From assembly GCA_030704615.1 (NCBI GenBank), contig CM060732.1, forward strand, positions 23,932,001-23,996,000: 64,000 bases of DNA. The letters run 5' to 3'. A model generated the notes under the pieces. The model did not search any database, was not told the DNA's origin, and was given only the letters and a program-made list of their open reading frames with translations. Shown here piece by piece: positions 36,460 through 49,379 of the stretch. A program made the position numbers and the translations under genes. Positions within the stretch are counted from its first letter, which is position 1. Every line of letters begins with the position of its first letter. The stretch is from Takakia lepidozioides (Eukaryota; Plantae; Bryophyta).

Positions 36460-36685
36460 CCAGTGAGCTGGTAAGTGCACAGTGTGTGTCGCTCTAGTGG
36501 TTCGGGGTTCGAACCTGCTGCCCTGCCCCGTATGTGGGATTATTCATGACGGCAAGCTTATGCCTGGGCGTTGACTGTCCTGTAGGTCTCATGGCCCATA
36601 AATGAAAGGGGGTTAATTTTTCCCTCCTCAAGGGCCTGAATTGTGGGCTGTCATGTTTCCTTATATATATATATATATATATATG
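36460..36685 (+). mobile_element. tRNA-derived SINE (family A) with (TA)n tail
   Basis: GAGCTGGTAAG A-box-like, GGTTCGAACC B-box, body homologous to 4368-4603. Confidence 0.8.
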
Positions 36686-36849
36686 TGAGATCTGAAGAGG
36701 TATTGCTTGGGTCGTATGACATTTTAGGAATGATATATATGTAGCATTTGTTTTAGCTGTGATTGGAGCTTTCTTATAGCTCAAGGCTCCCTAACAACAC
36801 AACAAAAAGAGAAAAGACCTAGCACATAAAGGCTATGAAGGCACATTAA

Positions 36850-37062
36850 GGCCCTTATATACCCTGATTAGATATACCCTTCATTTTAACATATACCCTT
36901 TAAAAAAGTAGGGTATATTGAGCGTCGTGATGCAGGTAAATATAAGGATAAGGGTATATCATAAAAATATACCCTGATATAAGGGTATACATCCGGGTAC
37001 CTAAACTTGCCACACCAGGGTATATATATATCAATATACCCTGATATACCCGCCCAACACTG
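36850..37062. mobile_element. hAT-like element end (ATACCC/GGGTAT arrays ending ATACCCGCCCAACACTG)
   Basis: Terminus resembles the CAGTGTTG TIR of the 3601-4142 MITE; related ends at 37417 and ~39689. Confidence 0.45.
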
Positions 37063-37172
37063 GTAGACACCTTCAAGACACACCAGACCGTGGTTTGAAC
37101 CCACAACCAAATCCGACGTGGTATGTGCCCGGTATGTGCCCATTACCACTGGGGTACAACTTGGTTGTCAAG
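37063..37172 (-). mobile_element. SINE family B fragment (5' half)
   Basis: Homologous to 63431-63608 (CCCAGTGGTAATGGGCACATACC...GTGGGTTCAAACC on minus strand). Confidence 0.65.
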
Positions 37173-37639
37173 ACACTAGAGATAGGATGGGAGTTGAATG
37201 CGTGCGAGCCTACCTACAATAGGCGTAGGGTCTAGAAGCGAGGCCCTTGTTGGGGCCATCCTCAAGCCCGACCCCTTTAGCCTTGCCGTTGTGCCTTTAC
37301 AATAAAATAAAACATTAAAATTTTGAATGGTGGCAACAAAGTGGTGGGTAGTTTGGTGGGCGGGAACGTTAGTTTGGGTAGCATTGATTAATATTGCGGG
37401 GCTGCCAGGCTCAAACCAGTGTTGCACGGGCTCGAGTTTTGACCCGGGGTACTCACACAACTGTAATCACCAGAAACCGAGACCCTTACCCGGGTTCATC
37501 TCTAAAATGAACCAGAACCCGGTATACCGCCTACCCAGGGGCAGTATACCCGGTCAGGTCCGGCTTTTAATTTTGATATATATATATACAATTATTAGAA
37601 AAATGAAAATACGTTATTTACCTTGTACTTGCGTAAATA

Positions 37640-37800
37640 TATTTGACACCTCCCGAAGGAAAAGTAAATTATGGTGTCTCTTCACCCCCAATGGGAATGC
37701 TAGAAAGGTGGACACCTTTCTGACACCAATCGGTGGATTGAACCCACAATCACTTCCGAGGTGGTATGTGCCCATTACCATTACCATGGGGCTAGACCTT
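37640..37800 (-). mobile_element. SINE family B copy
   Basis: Homologous to 63431-63608 and 39768-39937. Confidence 0.7.
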
Positions 37801-39767
37801 GGTTGTGTACTTGCGTAGAGACCTTGAGAAGAGCCTCTCCTCCCTCACCCCATCAGCTCATCCTAGGTACTACTCCTCCAGGTACTACTCCTCTTGGCAT
37901 TTGGCTTGTTTAGGGTGGGAGATGCGGGGTCCACCTAAGATCTGGTTTGTTTTGCAATTTGTGTGCACGGACCAGCAAGCAACCAGCCCCACCACTCAAG
38001 GTGGGTCCTCTCTCGTATGGGCACATACCACCTCAAAAGTGCTTGGGTAAGGTGGGTCATCTCTCGAATGGGCACATACCACCTCAAAAGTGCTTGGGTA
38101 AGCCCTGAACAAGCCAGATGTCTAGGCAGAGTCTGGCTGGGTAGGTACACAGGTACACAGTGAATGGGGGAAAATACAGGGAAGTAGCCACGGTGGGATA
38201 GTATGATCTGGGGATCTACCTGATAGGTGCAGGCGTTAATGAATGAGAACCATTTTTGGTTTCATTGCGGTGCATGAGAAGTTTATGAATGTGCCATACT
38301 GCTGTTGTGGCGAATTATGCAAAGTCCGTGAATGACAAGATGGGTACACTTACTCATAAGGTGAGGCTACGTGTCACGAACCTGGTGGGTGTGTGAGCAA
38401 AATGGGCAATGTGAGGATGGAAAAAGGCATGTCCAAAAGATGTGCTTGCATTGGTGGCCCATATAAATAGATGTAATATATTTGAGTCATCTTTATCCTT
38501 ATTATAAGTTCTTATAAGGATGACTTATCCTTAGAGAAATGATGTCGTTTATATTATTATTTAAATATTAAATATTTGCTTTTATATTACATCTCCTACC
38601 AAGGTTTTAACTTTTCGGGCCCTCCAATAGTTCTTTTTCCGGGCCAAGCCCTTTCAAATCTAATCCCAAGTAAAGTTTTGTATCTATGTTTTAAGAAAAA
38701 AAAGAGGATATAATCACATTCATAATTGATCCTATTGATGCTACCATACGTCTGCTTATGAATTGTATATACTACACGTTAAACAATAATGAAATTGTAA
38801 CATGTCATAGTATAATACTTTTGACTATACAATAAATATAGTTTCTACATCACATATTGAATTTCTACCTGTCATATATATCTTTGAATGATATTTTGCC
38901 ACCTCGTAATCCATTGGTAATGATGTTGTCCCTGTCCCTAGCTAAGTCGGCCACACAAATAGTAGTTAAACAATATCAATGCCACAACATACTCTAAATG
39001 GTAAACCATATGTCCATATGAGAGCTTGCACTAAGGAATTGAAAGGCCCTGCCAAATGCCAAACACTTTTTGGTGCTCAATGAATAATCAGAGCTCAAAT
39101 ATCTGATGTTGTCAAAATAAAGGACTGTCCACATGAGACACTACAGGGAGGGTTTTAAAGTGGCCGCACACCCAAGAATATTGGGTTTTTAATGTACAAC
39201 ATTGCAGTCACTCTGAGCCTGAAGGGAAAAAATTAAACCCTTAGATGCCCGTAGGCCACCTTGTTTTGAATCTCAAACCTCCAAGGAGTCCTCCATCTTG
39301 CATTGGAAGTTAACACCAAAGTATTATGCAATATCTTATCAATTTTCTCTTTTACCATAGATTGTATTTTTTGTGTTTTGTACATATTGAAGAACAAAAA
39401 ACAAGAGAAAAAAGAGAACATCATATATTCTTTAAAACATTAAACTATACATTAATTGAAATAACTATCCATACCCGGAAACTATTCATACCTTCAGGGT
39501 ATATTTTGGCATATATATCCATACACTGGGGTAATATAGAAAAATGAAAAGTTAATTTATCCATACCCGGAGGGTAAATAAGTTTTTGAGATTTCAATTT
39601 ATCCATACCCGGAGGGTAAATGATTTGACAAAAATAATTTACTTATACCCTAAGGGTATATTTGAAATCAATATACCCGCACAACACTCATGTCCACCTT
39701 TTAGCTGTAGCCCTTGTGGTGAAGAGACACCACAATTTAAGCTCCCTTCGAGAGGCGTCTATATTTA

Positions 39768-39937
39768 TTTAGCCCAGTGGGTAATGGGTGGTAATGGGCA
39801 CATACCACTTGGAAGTGGTTGTGGGTTCAATCGACCCTTGGTGTCACAAAGGTGTCCACCTTCCTAACGGAAGGCAGTAACCCTTGGGGGTGAAGAGACA
39901 CCATAATTTCCGCTTCCTTCGGGAGGCATCAAATATT
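39768..39937 (+). mobile_element. SINE family B copy (plus an adjacent 3' fragment ~39705-39765)
   Basis: TAGCCCAGTGG A-box, GGTTCAATC B-box, tail CTTCCTTCGGGAGGC.TCA. Confidence 0.7.
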
Positions 39938-41834
39938 AAATGTTCTTAGCTAGTGTCTTCCACAAAGCAGATTTTTGGGGTACCGGGTGAGAATCAACTC
40001 CTAACCCATGTGGGTGCCCATGAATCTGCATATGCAGGCCATTCGCATAGCAAATCAGAGAACAGTTATAGTTGTTGAGCTTGGTCAAAGCTTGTTTTGG
40101 GGGTAAATTTAGAGTCCATGTGGAAAACACACATTTTGGTTTTCTTATTATCTCCCAATTGCAATGGTGAAAGTTTGTGAAAATTCAGGGGGCATATGGA
40201 TGTAGTCTGCAGGGACATTTTTGTAAGGCTAGTTTCTGTGGATGATTCAGGGTAAGAAGGTACGGCATCATCTATCCCACCATGTCCTCGGAACTGGTTT
40301 GGGCCGGCCCACCGCCCACCAAAACGGTGGGTGTCGCTTAAGGGTTCAAGAGGGAATGTGTATGGGTTAGAGAAGAATTTTGGGCAGTGGAGATCTGACC
40401 CCTCCAAACCTATCCGATTTTAATTTCAAAAATCGTGAGTTTTTTTCACGTCATACAACACATACTCACCGTTGGAAATTTGTAGATATCTTGGATTGAG
40501 ACGGTAGCAAAAATACAAGTGAAGTTTTGGATTGCCCGCTCAACCAGCAAGCCCCCAATGGCTCTACAAAACAGGTACAAGACAAACAAGTTGAAGAACT
40601 CTGAAACTTTGTGGCAAGGTGGGTTATCTGGTGAGGAATGTGCTAGGTACGAATTGGCCATGCGGAATTTCGATAAGAAAACTAGAACTATTTCCTTACT
40701 GGTTTTTTGTTTTTTTGCCTCCATTGAATCATTATAATATCTCAATATCAACGGTGGATTTCTCTGAAATTTTTGGAGGTAGTAGCCGGCCAAATTAGTT
40801 CACCTTTCATACGGTGAGATTTCATGGATAGCACTTTTCTAGTAGATATGGCTCTTTCTGTACGTGGAGGTTCCATTTGGTTCATGGTTTTACTGCAGGA
40901 TCTTAATGAGGATGTTGACTATTTGAGTCGCTAACTAATATTCTTTGTAAGTATCCAGGGATCAAAGTCCCTGCCCTTGCCACATCAGAGGAGGACAGTG
41001 GACCACTGGCATCCGGCCACATCAGACCACTGTAAAAGGGAAGAAAGTTGGTACACAGCAAACACGCTCTTGGATTCTGGATCCTGGCTCCGGTGGGTTG
41101 TGGCGATTCCCCTGTGGCTTTTGGGTCTGTTGAATCGGTCCAGTTCGTCCTCGGAGTCTGTTTGAATTGTTTAGGAAACTCCAATCACAGTTTGATTCTG
41201 TCGAGATTTGTGAGAGTCTTCTTCTACAATCAGCACATTTTGTTTTCTTGTCGTAGGGTTTGTACGGTGCGCGGACCAAGTTCTGTTTCCTTATCAGATA
41301 TAGTAGTAGGATCTGCTCTATATGGTCGAGAATTTTATGTCTGTTAGTATAAGCAGGCTGTTGAATCGGTGCCTGAGAGCTGATTGCGAGCTAAGAATTT
41401 GAGTGGACGACAGTGAGAATTTTCTAGTCTTTGTTGTTCCAAGAGGTTTGGTAGCAATTTGGAGAGAGAGGGTGGGTTGGCTGATCTGGGTTATCCATTG
41501 CAGGAACGTAGTGATAAGACTTTTGCCATTACAGAGTTGGTGAAGAAGATCTGGAGAACCTAGGGACAGGTCAAATTCAGTGTGAGTGATTGGACCATCG
41601 TCGGCAGAAACAGGGCCGTTCGAGTTGTACCGAAAGTCAATGTGAAGACCTGCTGGGGTATGTTAGGGTTTCACTGGAAGGTATCACTCCGTGAGTGCAA
41701 TTAGAGGCAAAAAGGTGGGTTTGTAGCAGCTGAATCCCTCTTGAAAGGTGGCTGGAGATTTGGAGGGGTGTTCTGTTGTTCAGGTCGTCCGAACATCGGA
41801 GCGGTAGACTAGAGGGAGCGTCAGCGAGTTCAGA

Positions 41835-44800
41835 ATGGCTCAACTTGTAGAAGACTGGTATAAGCAGATGCCCATCATCACACGCTCTTATCTTACCTTG
41901 TCTGTTCTCACAACCGCCGGATGCGCGCTCGAGGTCGGTGTCTCTCTCTCTCTTAATCTGGAATTGAAAACTGCATGACTTCTTGGATGGAACTACCACT
42001 AATCTTGCCGTCACAACTGCATTCATTCCTCTGCTTCTTGACCTAGTCATCAACCACCTCCGCAAATTCCCATCACAAACTCTCTGGTACTGTGTCGCTG
42101 GCTCCGTATGTATGGGTGTTGTCTAGGCCTGTTACTTCGTAGGGTCTCGACATTCCTGATCAATTACCGAGTTGGGAGTTGTTTGAGCCTGGCGGCGATA
42201 GAGATCAAGGGAGAAAGCCTATCTGGATTGCATATGTTGCCCGTCAGCTGGTCTTACACTAGTGCCAGTCTACTTTGTATCTCTGTCCAAGAGGTTCACC
42301 AGTCCAACACTAATAATAGCCAGTCGATATCTACCAATTTTCAAGTAATTTTACTGGATTATCAGGCAGGGTACATTGCAGATGTGTAGATATACATGAT
42401 GGAGTGGTAGATATCCTGCTGTCTGTAGGGAAAGAGCTGTAATTAGTTAGGGTTAGTTGGTCCCTTCTTGCTGGAGATGGAAGATGAAGGAGATGCATAG
42501 CACCCACTGCTCAATATGCCTCAAGGCTCCTGGATCAATCATGTGCAATGAAAGGCTGCACTGGCTTGGGGTTAGCGATGCAGTGTAAGGGATTTGGTCT
42601 TTGATACTCTTTCAGGGTAATGTCAAAAATTCATTATTAGATAAAGCAAGTTGCATATATTATCCATTTCAGTATGTGTGGAGGAGGTAGCAATAGCAGG
42701 GCTCAGGCATGGAAGGCTGAGAAATGAGGCATGGCAACATACGATGTGTGCAGGTTATCTCACCTTTCCACGTTTATTTGAATTCAACTCGTGTGGTGCA
42801 ACATTATGAAGTGTGGCGGCTGATAACCAATTTCTTCTATTTTGGCAGACTTGGTAACTCACCTCCTGTCTTTTGATCCTCCCACCTGGTTTCAGTTCAA
42901 TGGCAGATTACTTTTTTGTTTCTGTATTTTCTTAAATGTTGTTACTTGGCATTCTTGTAAACTGACAAGGATGCTTCTGGTGTATATGTCACAGATCTTG
43001 ACTTTCTGTTTCACATGTTCTTTCTGGCGAGATACTGCAAGCTTCTAGAGGAGACCTCATTCCGTGGGCGCACTGCGGACTTTTTCTTCATGCTTCTGTT
43101 TGGTGGAAGCCTGCTGACTGCCATTGTTGTCGGGGGTGGTCTGCTCACTTTTGCCGCTCCGTTTGCTGACATTCTCTTCCTCAGCAACTCCCTCACATTC
43201 ATGATGGTGCGTTCTTGCAATCTTGACCCATTGACTTTGTCTGTCTCTTCTCTCTTTTTAGAGAATGGTTTTGGTAAGGAGAAGAAAAAATGCCAGGACT
43301 CTGTCTCTTATCCCTCCCTGACAGGGGGACAGGCAGTTCAACCACAGCCATATGTCACATATATCTTGAGCTAGAGGGCTACAGCTGTTGTACTCAGCCT
43401 CATACTTTGCAGGAACTTAAATGCCCTCCAATTCCGTTGTTGTTAGCTATTGTGAGCAGTATGGCAAGGTTGGGTTTAGTCAACACATACCCTGGTGGAC
43501 TGGGAACTCCCGTGTCACCTGCTCGGAACAACGCCTGGGGAATGCGGACATAAAGTTTCATGAATTGCGGCTGCCAAAATCCCCATTCCTAGATGGTTTC
43601 AAAGTTATAGCCAACGTTGGTATCAATGAATATATTTCTTTCTTGGATGAGGAAAGTGGAGCCACCCGAGATCAGACTTTTATCAACATAATACTTGATT
43701 GCATCGGTGGCAAGCCAAGGGTAGCAAAGACCCACACTGAATGCAGACAGAGCAGAGTAGGGTGGTTGAGTAAAGCACAAACCCCAAGAACCGTAACCCC
43801 AGCAAAGGATGCCCATGATTGTAGAGCTCTAGGACGTGGGCCCAGATGATTCACACCCTTGGAACTCTTAGTCAGTCCACTGCCATGTCATCAACAAGGG
43901 TCTGTTCATGGTTTGCAATATTGCAATTTTGTCGGGCTCTTTCTACTGGATGTTACCTTAGTGACGTTGTGTATGATCAGGTGTATGTTTGGAGCAAGCG
44001 CAATCCCCATGTGCAGATGAGTTTTCTGGGTCTCTTCAGCTTCACTGCTCCTTATCTTCCTTGGGTAAGTCATTTACTTGTGCCTTGAGCTTTCTCTCTC
44101 TTGAATGCAGTCAGCGCTGGTTGGCATGTGTAGTTCTACATTTTCTCAGTCAGAAAGGTGGATAAACTGGGGAAGGGGCCCCCCTGCCAGAAAGTAGAGA
44201 ATTCTATGAATTGTGGAAATCTACTCTATTTTTTTGGCACCCGAGCTTTACAAGTGTATTGGCATCAGGACATTCAAAGTATGTGAGAAACTTAAACCTA
44301 GCTTTCTGCTGATAGACATGGTGGATTACTGCAGGTTCTATTGGGCTTTTCAGTGATGGTTGGCAGCAGCCCTTGGGTGGACCTTCTGGTAAAATATCAG
44401 TCCTTCCCTTCATTCAGTCCCGAGGACAGTCATTTAAAGTACTAGTGCACCATTGTACAACCATTGTGCACCATTGTTATAGACTAGGGAGGTGCATGCC
44501 TCCCCCCAAATGATGCCTTCAGTTGTGTTCTGTGAGTGTGTTCTCAACGGAAATGAGAGGAGACGTTGGGTGGACCTTCTGGTAAAATATCAGACCTCGT
44601 CATGTTCAAGTAGTTAGTAGTTCACATGGTTAAAAGGGACTGCCTGCCTATTCCTTCATTCAGTCCCGAGGACAGTCATGTGGATTTGAAGTACTAGTGC
44701 ACCATTGTACAACCTTTGTTATAGACTAGGGAGGTGCATGCCTCCCCCCAAATGATGCCTTCATTTGTGTTCTGTGAGCGTGTTCTCAACGGAAATGAGA

Positions 44801-45241
44801 GGAGACGTTGGGTGGACCTTCTGGTAAAATATCAGACCTCGTCATGTTCAAGTAGTTAGTAGTTCACATGGTTAAAAGGGACTGCCTATTCCTTCATTCA
44901 GTCCCGAGGACAGTCATGTGGATTTGAAGTACTAGTGCACCATTGTACAACCTTTGTTATAGACTAGGGAGGTGCATGCCTCCCCCCAAATGATGCCTTC
45001 AGTTGTGTTCTGTGAGTGTGTTCTCAATGGAAATGAGAGGAGACGTTGGTTGGTTGTGTTATTGCAGGGTACAGCAGCAGGGCATGCATACTACTTTTTG
45101 GAGGATGTGTACCCACTCATGACAGGGCGCCGCATTCTCAAGACCCCTGCAATCATCAAGGCGCTCTTTCCAGAGGATACTGTGGTGGTGTCAAGGCCCA
45201 ACACGGCATGGGGTGCTCCTGTTGCACCTAACAGAGACTGA
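41835..45241 (+). CDS. DER2: Derlin-2 (ERAD rhomboid pseudoprotease), 240 aa, 6 exons
   Basis: Exons 41835-41933, 42754-42853, 42995-43206, 43981-44064, 44335-44388, 45068-45241, all GT-AG, 723 nt. Protein [21 protein letters not shown]...[11 protein letters not shown]...[22 protein letters not shown]...VYVWSKRNP...YLPWVLLGFS...[12 protein letters not shown]. Confidence 0.95.
44372..45046 (+). repeat. Tandem triplication (~195-240-bp units) in Derlin intron 5, including the exon-5 donor site
   Basis: TTGGGTGGACCTTCTGGTAAAATATCAG recurs at ~44373, ~44566 and ~44808; units 2 and 3 nearly identical. Confidence 0.9.
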
Positions 45242-47026
45242 TGCAAACATCCTAGCTGACCCAGAATGGTTGGCAACTTGGGTCCCGGTCATGACAATTT
45301 CGTCTTTGAAACTCCTTGACTTAGAAACCATGTGCAAATTACAGGGTGTGTTTTGTGCTTGGTTGCGGATGTTGTTGTCGCGAGCAATTGCACTCATACT
45401 GTTGCTTTGCTGGTCATGTATCTTTATTTGCCTTTACTTCAATACTTGCCAGCACTGGGCTACAGGGAAAGGATTAGTGAATTATCCTGCAAGCGGCACT
45501 CAGGTGGCTGGAGAGATGAGACTTCTCTCTCTTGCCTTGAGTTTCCTTCATTAAAATGGAAGCTTGCTACTTCATCTGTTGGCTTTTTCTTGGAGTCCTG
45601 ACAATGGACTCTATGCCTTTGCCACAGCTTGCTTCCCCAGGATGATTCTTCGTGCTATCACTTGGTAGTGCTCAGACTAGGACCAGCAGTTACCTTGTGT
45701 TGATTTTTGGGGGGAGCCTGAATTTTCGCTTCCAATTTTTTGAAAAGTAACAATGAATAAGTATGAACATCTGAGAAAATTTTTGAGTCCTGAAGTCGCG
45801 CTTTCATCTTGGGGATGGGGGGAGTATGAGAACATTGATCAGTTTTGTGTGAATCTGACACCATGACTAAGGGCCACTTTTTACATGTTTGGGTACTATT
45901 ATTAGTTCACTACAACTTTCTCCTTCTCCCCTAGTCCCACACAAGCGATGAACTTCTCAATCTTTTGCCACACCGAACAATTTTTGCGAGTTGTCAACTT
46001 TTACTGAAATAGGAGGGTCCGGCAGCCTAGTATAAAAGCTCAGCGAGTTTCCAACTTCGTTCACAAACTTCCTCTTCGAAGCATTCCTGCTGTTCTGCCT
46101 GCGCTTTGGCATCCGCGTCAAGGTTGCTTCATCTGTCAGTCTTATTCGGATCCGCAGCGGGTGTTGCTAACTTCAACAGCATGTCGAGCGTGGGGAGATT
46201 TGCGGCTGTTGCAGCGGCAGCCTCGATCGGCATGTATATAGAGGCTCGCATATATGGTGCCTTTTATTTACCCAACGGTCTTTCCTGGGAGGAACTGCTT
46301 AAGATTCTTCAATTCCAGGTCAAGAACGTGCTAAGCCACAGTCATCAGAGCACCCTGAGAAGCAAGAGCCGCAGCCGGTGCGAACAAGTGCGCCATTGAA
46401 GATTGCACCGCAGTTTGATGGTCTCAACTTCTACGAAACCTTCATCTCTACTCACACGTAGGACTGCAACGACGATGCCGCCAGTACGCCATCTCTATTG
46501 TACACTACAAGATAGGAATTTAAGTTGTAAGACTGTTTGTAACATTTTTTATGGAACCGAAGCCACAAATGTTCTTGGCAAAAGGTCCTGCACTTAAATT
46601 GTGAGAAGTGTCAAGATGAATGAATCCACTTGATAGAGGTCCTGATACGCTGCTCGACTGGAGAGCCGATCCTCCAGACATGTAGATTCAGCACAGCCCT
46701 TCTCTATGTGAAGCCAGATGATGCCAAGCACGAAAGAGTCTTACTTGGTCCTGTGCGATCACAACATAGTAACCTGTTTTGTTTTGATCAGCTTCACTGC
46801 CTCGTCTTTGACTGTCGAGATTGTAATCTTTCCAAAGGCTTTGCTTTGCTTCAATACACCAGTTACTGTTGTCCAAACAAAGACTCCCTGACCGATCCTA
46901 AACCTCAACAACTTGACTAATCACGTTCATCTTAAACAATATTCAAGTCCAAATAAAACACTGGCAGTTGGTGTCAAATCATGTACAAGAGCGGAACCCA
47001 TTCGAAATTTGCGCTATTAAACAGTA

Positions 47027-47205
47027 CAGCCCAGTTGGATAGTGCACATGGTGTGACCCCACTCGTTTGGGGCCTCAATCATGCTGCCGTGTCCAGTACT
47101 GTGGTCTGGTTTCCTGGCCCCGTCGTTTCTCCCCCTCCTTTGTGAAGGGCCTGAATTGTGAGCTGTTGCTCCCAGGTTTCTTTCCTTATGTAAGAAAAAA
47201 TAAAA
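47027..47205 (+). mobile_element. Degenerate SINE (family A-related)
   Basis: AGCCCAGTTGGATAGTGCAC head, AAGGGCCTGAATTGTGAGCTGTTGCTCCCAGGTTTC tail and A-rich end. Confidence 0.6.
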
Positions 47206-47808
47206 TATACATAACAAATGCAGGTAATCCATGCAAGCCCTGCAATCCAATATACGTTGTGTGACTTGCGACGCACATTCTCTCTTTCTCTGTTCTTTTC
47301 ACTTGTTCTTCCTGCCCTCTTTACTATGAGATCCGTGGGAGACTCACCTGTCATCACAGAAGTTCTTTATTTTTTTTTGATTTGTTAGAAAAGGGAAATA
47401 CACCGGGGCGACGGCTCAGGCCCCTTAATTATAGTGAAGTCTTCCACTCGGAGGATCAGATATTTCAATGAGAGCAAATAGGATAGCAGGAAATACAAGT
47501 CATTGGCTTCCTTGGGAGAGAATATTGGCCTGCTATGGCCTATTCGTCGAAGGATTTCATTCATTTATAGATGTGGATGACATACTCCCATTACACCTGG
47601 CTTGATCTAGTTCGAAACTTCATTGCAAGTATTGGTGCTAAGCATCAAAACCCTCTGCATACTCCTGCCTTAGAAAGGCAGGCCAATTAAATGCATGGAA
47701 TTCATGCAAGCCCTCCTGTTGTTTACATTAGTGAGCCCAAATTCTACACACTAATCCAGGTGGCACCTTTGTGTTAGAGAACTCGCCCCCTAGGGGCATT
47801 CCCACGAA

Positions 47809-48731
47809 CTAGGTGCCATAATGCGCCCTAGGGGGCATATTTTGGGGGCATATTATGAGGCCTGTGATAATGCCGGCTAAAAGTCAAACAGCCCATTATG
47901 TATAGGGTAATGCCCTGAGTGGAGGGCGGTCCCGGATTTGAGGGCTTGATATAGAGGGCGGTAGCCCGAGGTGAAGGCCCAAAATTACCACCCTCAGTGT
48001 CAGGCCCTCAAATCCGTGAATGCCCGACATGAGGGGCATTACCCTGTGTAAAGAAATGCCACAAAATTTAAAAAAAAATTCCCTGCCGGTGCATTCTGCA
48101 TTTCGGAATGCACTCGAGGGAGCTGATGGGGAACATTCCGCCGGTAGAATGCACCCCAATGAATTCTGCTTTTTAACAACACGATAAATACAAACAATTT
48201 TTTTGGCAATGCTTTACAAATGCGTAAAGCATTTTGGGGGCGATGCCTTTTTTGAGGCAAATTAGGAAGCAAAAGATTGTCGCTCCACGGTGCTCACGCA
48301 TTATGTATAGGGTAATGCCCTGAGTGGAGGGCATTCCCGGATTTAAGGGCCTGACGCCGAGGGCGGTAGCCCGAGGGGAAGGCCCAAGAATGCCCGACAC
48401 GAGAGGCATTACACTGCATAAAGAAATGCCAAATTTTCTTAAAAAAATCTAATGGCCAGTGCATTCTGCATTTCGGAATGTAGAATTGAGAATTGAGAAT
48501 TCTGCTTTTTAACGGCACGATAAATACAAACAAATGTTTTTGGCAGTGCTTTATGCATAGGAAAAGGGCAGCTGCTGAGGCCCTTCAACCGCGTAAGAAT
48601 GCGTGAATGCGGGCTACTGCCCGCATTTCAGGTGTTCAAAAACGGCGGAAGGGCTGAGTCAACTGCCCTTCCGTGAAAAAACCAACCAGCCCTTTCACGA
48701 AACCCCCAAAATTGTCATCTTATATATTAGA
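47809..48731 (-). mobile_element. Non-autonomous Helitron with internal ~400-bp tandem duplication
   Basis: Minus strand: A|TCTAATATATAAG 5' end; 3' hairpin ATGCCCCCTAGGGCGCAT followed by CTAG|T; no TSD. Confidence 0.75.
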
Positions 48732-49379
48732 TAATGGCCACCGGGTGGACCCGAGCGGCGGGGCCACGAGCAAGCTTCCAATGGGGGGGGGATTACCTAA
48801 GGCCCTTTTCTCACGAGCGGCAGTGGAAGAGAGCGTCTGACACCCCTTCTTCCACCCACTTTTCCCACGAATAGTGCCACATATGCAAGGGAAGATGTTG
48901 CATCAAACACACGAGCGGAAGTTGATAGTCATTTCCGTTGGTGATCATTCGTAGATTTTCCTGGTTTCGTGGAAACCATCGTCGGTGTAGATCTCGGGTG
49001 CAACAAGCAATGGCGGGAAACTATGTGAGGCTAAGAAGAGCAATCGCCTTCGTCGAGCTTTGCTTCACCGCTTCATCCTGTAGGGCTCAAGCATATTTCG
49101 ACTATTGAACGATGACTCGAGCTGTAACAATGCTTGCATAAACTTTCGCAGAAGCTAGTATTCATCAATAGAATGCTGTAATTTGGTGTTGCTTGACATT
49201 AGCAATCTGTTTCAATCTTCCAGCATGGAAAAGCAAAAAAGAGAACTCTTTATCCACACTAGCTTTGCAGATGTCTTTGTTTATGCTCGTGGAGGCTTTA
49301 TCAACCTCTCATATTGTCATCCTCCACCATCACAACCTTGTGACAATTTCTATGCTTGTTCTTCTCTGCAAAGTGCGTC

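Noticed and set aside
36460-36540. tRNA genes at A/B-box matches
   Set aside because: No complete cloverleaf; they are SINE heads followed by shared bodies and tails.
37417-39689. Larger hAT element with transposase remnant (GCAA.TL-like motif near 39160)
   Set aside because: Ends only loosely inverted, no TSD, coding signal too degraded to support.
45871-46560. Second Harbinger-like remnant (TAA-GGGCCACTTTTTACATG end)
   Set aside because: No matching right TIR or catalytic motifs seen.
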